Assembly (NCBI GenBank): GCA_016790045.1
Contig: JAEUPW010000003.1
Location: 3,451-67,450 of the forward strand
Reading direction: 5' to 3'
Origin: Candidatus Competibacteraceae bacterium
Lineage (GTDB): Bacteria; Pseudomonadota; Gammaproteobacteria; Competibacterales; Competibacteraceae
DNA length: 64,000 bases
The notes below the pieces were generated by a model. The model did not search any database, had not been told where the DNA came from, and worked only from the letters and a program-made list of their open reading frames with translations. The position numbers and the translations under genes are program-made. Numbering within the stretch: position 1 is the stretch's first letter; each line of letters opens with the position of its first letter. Below, piece after piece: positions 61,354 to 64,000 of the stretch.

Positions 61354-63927
61354 TTAATGCTCGCCCGGCAAGGCGTCGACTTCCGCCGGGCGGGTGTGGG
61401 TCAAAAATGCCTTGCGCAACACCTCGCGCAGCAACGAACCCGACAAGGGCTTGCGCAAAAACTTGTAGATCGCGCCGTCGTTGATCAGCTCGATCATTTG
61501 CTCGACCCCGCAGTCATCACCCATCACGATCCGCAACGTTTTCGGGTGCAGCTCGCGAAAACAGCGAAACACCTGATCGCCGTGCGTTCCGGAGAGCTGG
61601 AAATCCGCTAACACCACCCCGACATCGTGGCTCGTCAGCAGATCGAGGGCGGTTTGGGCGTTACCGGCCGTCAGCAGATGATAGCCCTCCGGGCGCAGCG
61701 TCTCCGCCAGCGTCGCCAAGCTCGCGGGATCGGGATCGGCGATGAGCAGCACGCGGGTGTCGCCGGCGAACGCCGATGGCTCGGTCATGTTTTTTTGATG
61801 GCGCTGGAACATTTTGGTCAGTTCGTCGACCGGCAGCGGCCGGCTCAGAAAATAACCTTGAACCTCATCGCAGTTCTTGGATTTGAGGAAACGCAGTTGG
61901 GCTTCGTTTTCCACGCCCTCGGCGATGACCCGCAACCCCATGCTTTCCGCCATGGCGATCACCGCCGTGGCGATGGCGGCATCGTCGGGTTGCAGGTTGA
62001 CCTCGCGCACGAAAGCTTTGTCGATCTTGAGCCGGTCCAGCGGCAATTGCTTGAGCCGGCTCAAGCTCGAATAGCCGGTGCCGAAATCGTCGATGGCCAG
62101 TTGCACGCCGAGTTCCTTGAGGGCTTGCAGGATGCTGGTGGCGCCCTCGGGGTCCTTCATCAACAAGCTTTCGGTGATCTCCAGCTCCAGAGCTTCGGGC
62201 GCGAGGCCGGTTTCCTCCAGAATCCGCGCCACCAGTCCCGGAAAGCTCGGCTGCACGAATTGCAGCACCGAGATGTTGACCGCCATCCGCTGCAGCCCGA
62301 CCCCTTGCTCCTGCCAGCGTTTGGCCTGCTGGCAGGCGGTGCGCAAAACCCATTCGCCGATGGGGATAATCAGGCCGGTTTCCTCGGCGAGCGGGATAAA
62401 ATCGACCGGCGACACCGAACCCAGCACCGGGCTTTGCCAGCGCAACAGCGCTTCGACGCCGCTGATCTGCCCGCTCGGCAAATCCAGTTGCGGCTGGTAA
62501 TGCAGCGACAGATCGTTCTGGTCGATGGCTTTGCGCAACTGGTTTTCCATGGTCAGACGCTTGAGCGCCGCCTCGTTCAAGGTGGCGTCGAAAAACCGGT
62601 AGAGATTGCGGCCCTGGCGCTTGGCCAAATACATGGCCATGTCGGCGTTTTTCAACAAAGTTTCGGAATTGTCGCCGTCCTCCGGGAAAATGGCGATGCC
62701 GATGCTGGGGGTGATGAAGACTTCGTGACCGCCGAGCACCAGCGGCTGCGACAGCGCGGTCTGGATCCGTTCGGCCACGTTGGCGACATCCTCGCTGCGC
62801 CGGACCTCGGGCAGCAACACCGTAAATTCGTCGCCGCCGAGCCGCGCGATGGTTTCGTTCTGGTCTTCGGGGCTTTCGAGTCGGGAGACCGTATCGCTCT
62901 GGCGCACGCTGAGCTTGAGGCGCTCCGCCGTCGCCTGGAGCAGCATGTCGCCCACGCTGTGGCCGAGCGTGTCGTTGATCCGCTTGAAATTGTCCAGATC
63001 CAAAAACAGCAGGGCCGCGCGCCGGCCGTGGCGCTTGGCCAGGCTCAGCGCGGCGCTGAGCCGGTCCTTGAGCAGCTCGCGGTTGGGCAAGCGGGTCAGG
63101 CTGTCGATAAACGCTAGCTGGCGGATGCGCTCCTCGGCCCGTTGCAGTTCGGTGATATCCTGCAAGGTGCCATACAACTGGACCAGCCGACCCGATCCGT
63201 CGCGAATCGCCTCGACTTGCTGGCGGACGTAGCGGAGTTCGGGGCCTTTTGGGTTCAAAATCCAGTGGTTGAGCCCGGCGAGATCGCCCGGCTCTTGCAG
63301 GCTGGCAAACCACTGTCGAACCCGGGAGCGCTCTTTTTCCGGCACGCAGTCGAACACCGCCTCGAAGGGGACCTCCGGCGCATTCGGGTCCAGGCCGATG
63401 ATGCGGCAAACCTCCTCGGACAGATGAAAAGTGGTGCTGTCCGCGCGCCAATCCCAGTGGCCCAAGCGTGCGATGCGCTGGGCGACGGCCAAGCGACGCT
63501 CGCTTTCGCGCAGGCTATTCATCGCCGCGCTCGCCCGCAACAGATAGCGCACCCGGTGCCCCAGTAGCGGGTAGTTGATCGGCTTGGTGATAAAATCGGT
63601 CGCGCCGGCGTCGAACGCCTGATCGATCGACCCGTGATCGTCCAGTCCCGTCATCATCAAAATCGGGACTTGCGCCCCGCCGGGCCGGCGACGCAATTCG
63701 GCGCTGGCGGCGAAACCGTCCATCTCGGGCATCATCACGTCCATCAACACCACATCGGGATGGACCTGCTCGAACTTCTCCACCCCCCAGCGACCGTTCT
63801 CGGCCTGTTCGACCTGAAAGCCCGCCTGCTCCAGCGACACGCTCACCAGCAGCCGAATCGATAAATCATCGTCGATCAGCAGCACCAGCGGCCGATGGGG
63901 CGTACTTGCGGATAGCATGGCTTTCAA
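61354..63927 (-). CDS. REC-PAS-GGDEF-EAL-REC c-di-GMP cyclase/phosphodiesterase
   Basis: N-terminal REC (IDDD, MDVMMP, KP), PAS, GGDEF, EALLRW, IDDFGTGYSS, EGVE, C-terminal REC-like domain. Start 63927 or 63918. Confidence 0.93.
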   Translation of the reverse strand: MKAMLSASTPHRPLVLLIDDDLSIRLLVSVSLEQAGFQVEQAENGRWGVEKFEQVHPDVVLMDVMMPEMDGFAASAELRRRPGGAQVPILMMTGLDDHGSIDQAFDAGATDFITKPINYPLLGHRVRYLLRASAAMNSLRESERRLAVAQRIARLGHWDWRADSTTFHLSEEVCRIIGLDPNAPEVPFEAVFDCVPEKERSRVRQWFASLQEPGDLAGLNHWILNPKGPELRYVRQQVEAIRDGSGRLVQLYGTLQDITELQRAEERIRQLAFIDSLTRLPNRELLKDRLSAALSLAKRHGRRAALLFLDLDNFKRINDTLGHSVGDMLLQATAERLKLSVRQSDTVSRLESPEDQNETIARLGGDEFTVLLPEVRRSEDVANVAERIQTALSQPLVLGGHEVFITPSIGIAIFPEDGDNSETLLKNADMAMYLAKRQGRNLYRFFDATLNEAALKRLTMENQLRKAIDQNDLSLHYQPQLDLPSGQISGVEALLRWQSPVLGSVSPVDFIPLAEETGLIIPIGEWVLRTACQQAKRWQEQGVGLQRMAVNISVLQFVQPSFPGLVARILEETGLAPEALELEITESLLMKDPEGATSILQALKELGVQLAIDDFGTGYSSLSRLKQLPLDRLKIDKAFVREVNLQPDDAAIATAVIAMAESMGLRVIAEGVENEAQLRFLKSKNCDEVQGYFLSRPLPVDELTKMFQRHQKNMTEPSAFAGDTRVLLIADPDPASLATLAETLRPEGYHLLTAGNAQTALDLLTSHDVGVVLADFQLSGTHGDQVFRCFRELHPKTLRIVMGDDCGVEQMIELINDGAIYKFLRKPLSGSLLREVLRKAFLTHTRPAEVDALPGEH

Positions 63928-64000
63928 TTCCTTGAGCTGCGTTAACGGGTCTTTTTATCGTCCGTCGCCCCGGCCCCGCGCCGATCAAACCGAAACCGGT

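Overview
64 kb of a GC-rich Gammaproteobacterial chromosome. Gene content and style are compatible with Competibacteraceae-like organisms, but this is inference only. Most of the window is housekeeping: pyk (partial), a GH57 glucanase, alaC-hom-recJ, queG/nnr/tsaE, dksA, znuA/zur-znuCB, gcvP-ACT-gcvT, a DAACS transporter with sdaA, ybbP-ybbA/tesA, murB, ltaE, rpoH, ftsY, an M16 peptidase pair, rsmD-coaD-yfhL and two c-di-GMP enzymes. No rRNA, tRNA, CRISPR array or transposase was recognised. Three accessory modules stand out. (1) 40.6-50.6 kb: a seven-gene, translationally coupled operon (TonB-dependent receptor, His-rich membrane-anchored periplasmic protein, NapH/CcoG-like membrane polyferredoxin, Cys-bearing DsbD_2/CcdA-like protein, its own short ExbB, ExbD, TonB). 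It lies next to an exported CxxC DsrE-family protein, a CBS protein and RegB/RegA. Three 17-bp TGCG(A/G)CA-N3-(T/C)G(T/C)C(G/A)C boxes sit 23-24 nt upstream of -10-like hexamers of the three transcription units, suggesting a self-contained, redox-controlled uptake-and-reduction regulon. This is the best candidate for an undescribed system. (2) 8.2-14.6 kb: an output-less Cache-HAMP receptor, a PATAN/DUF4388-like protein, an amidohydrolase and a diguanylate cyclase, divergent from an FHA-domain sigma54 activator. (3) 17.8-22.4 kb: a Hen1-Pnkp RNA-repair pair directly after tsaE, butt-joined to a Uma2 endonuclease. Also seen: a CIRCE operator before rpoH, absence of ftsEX between ftsY and rpoH, a Zur box, a small basic disordered ORF and a structured leader before the serine module.
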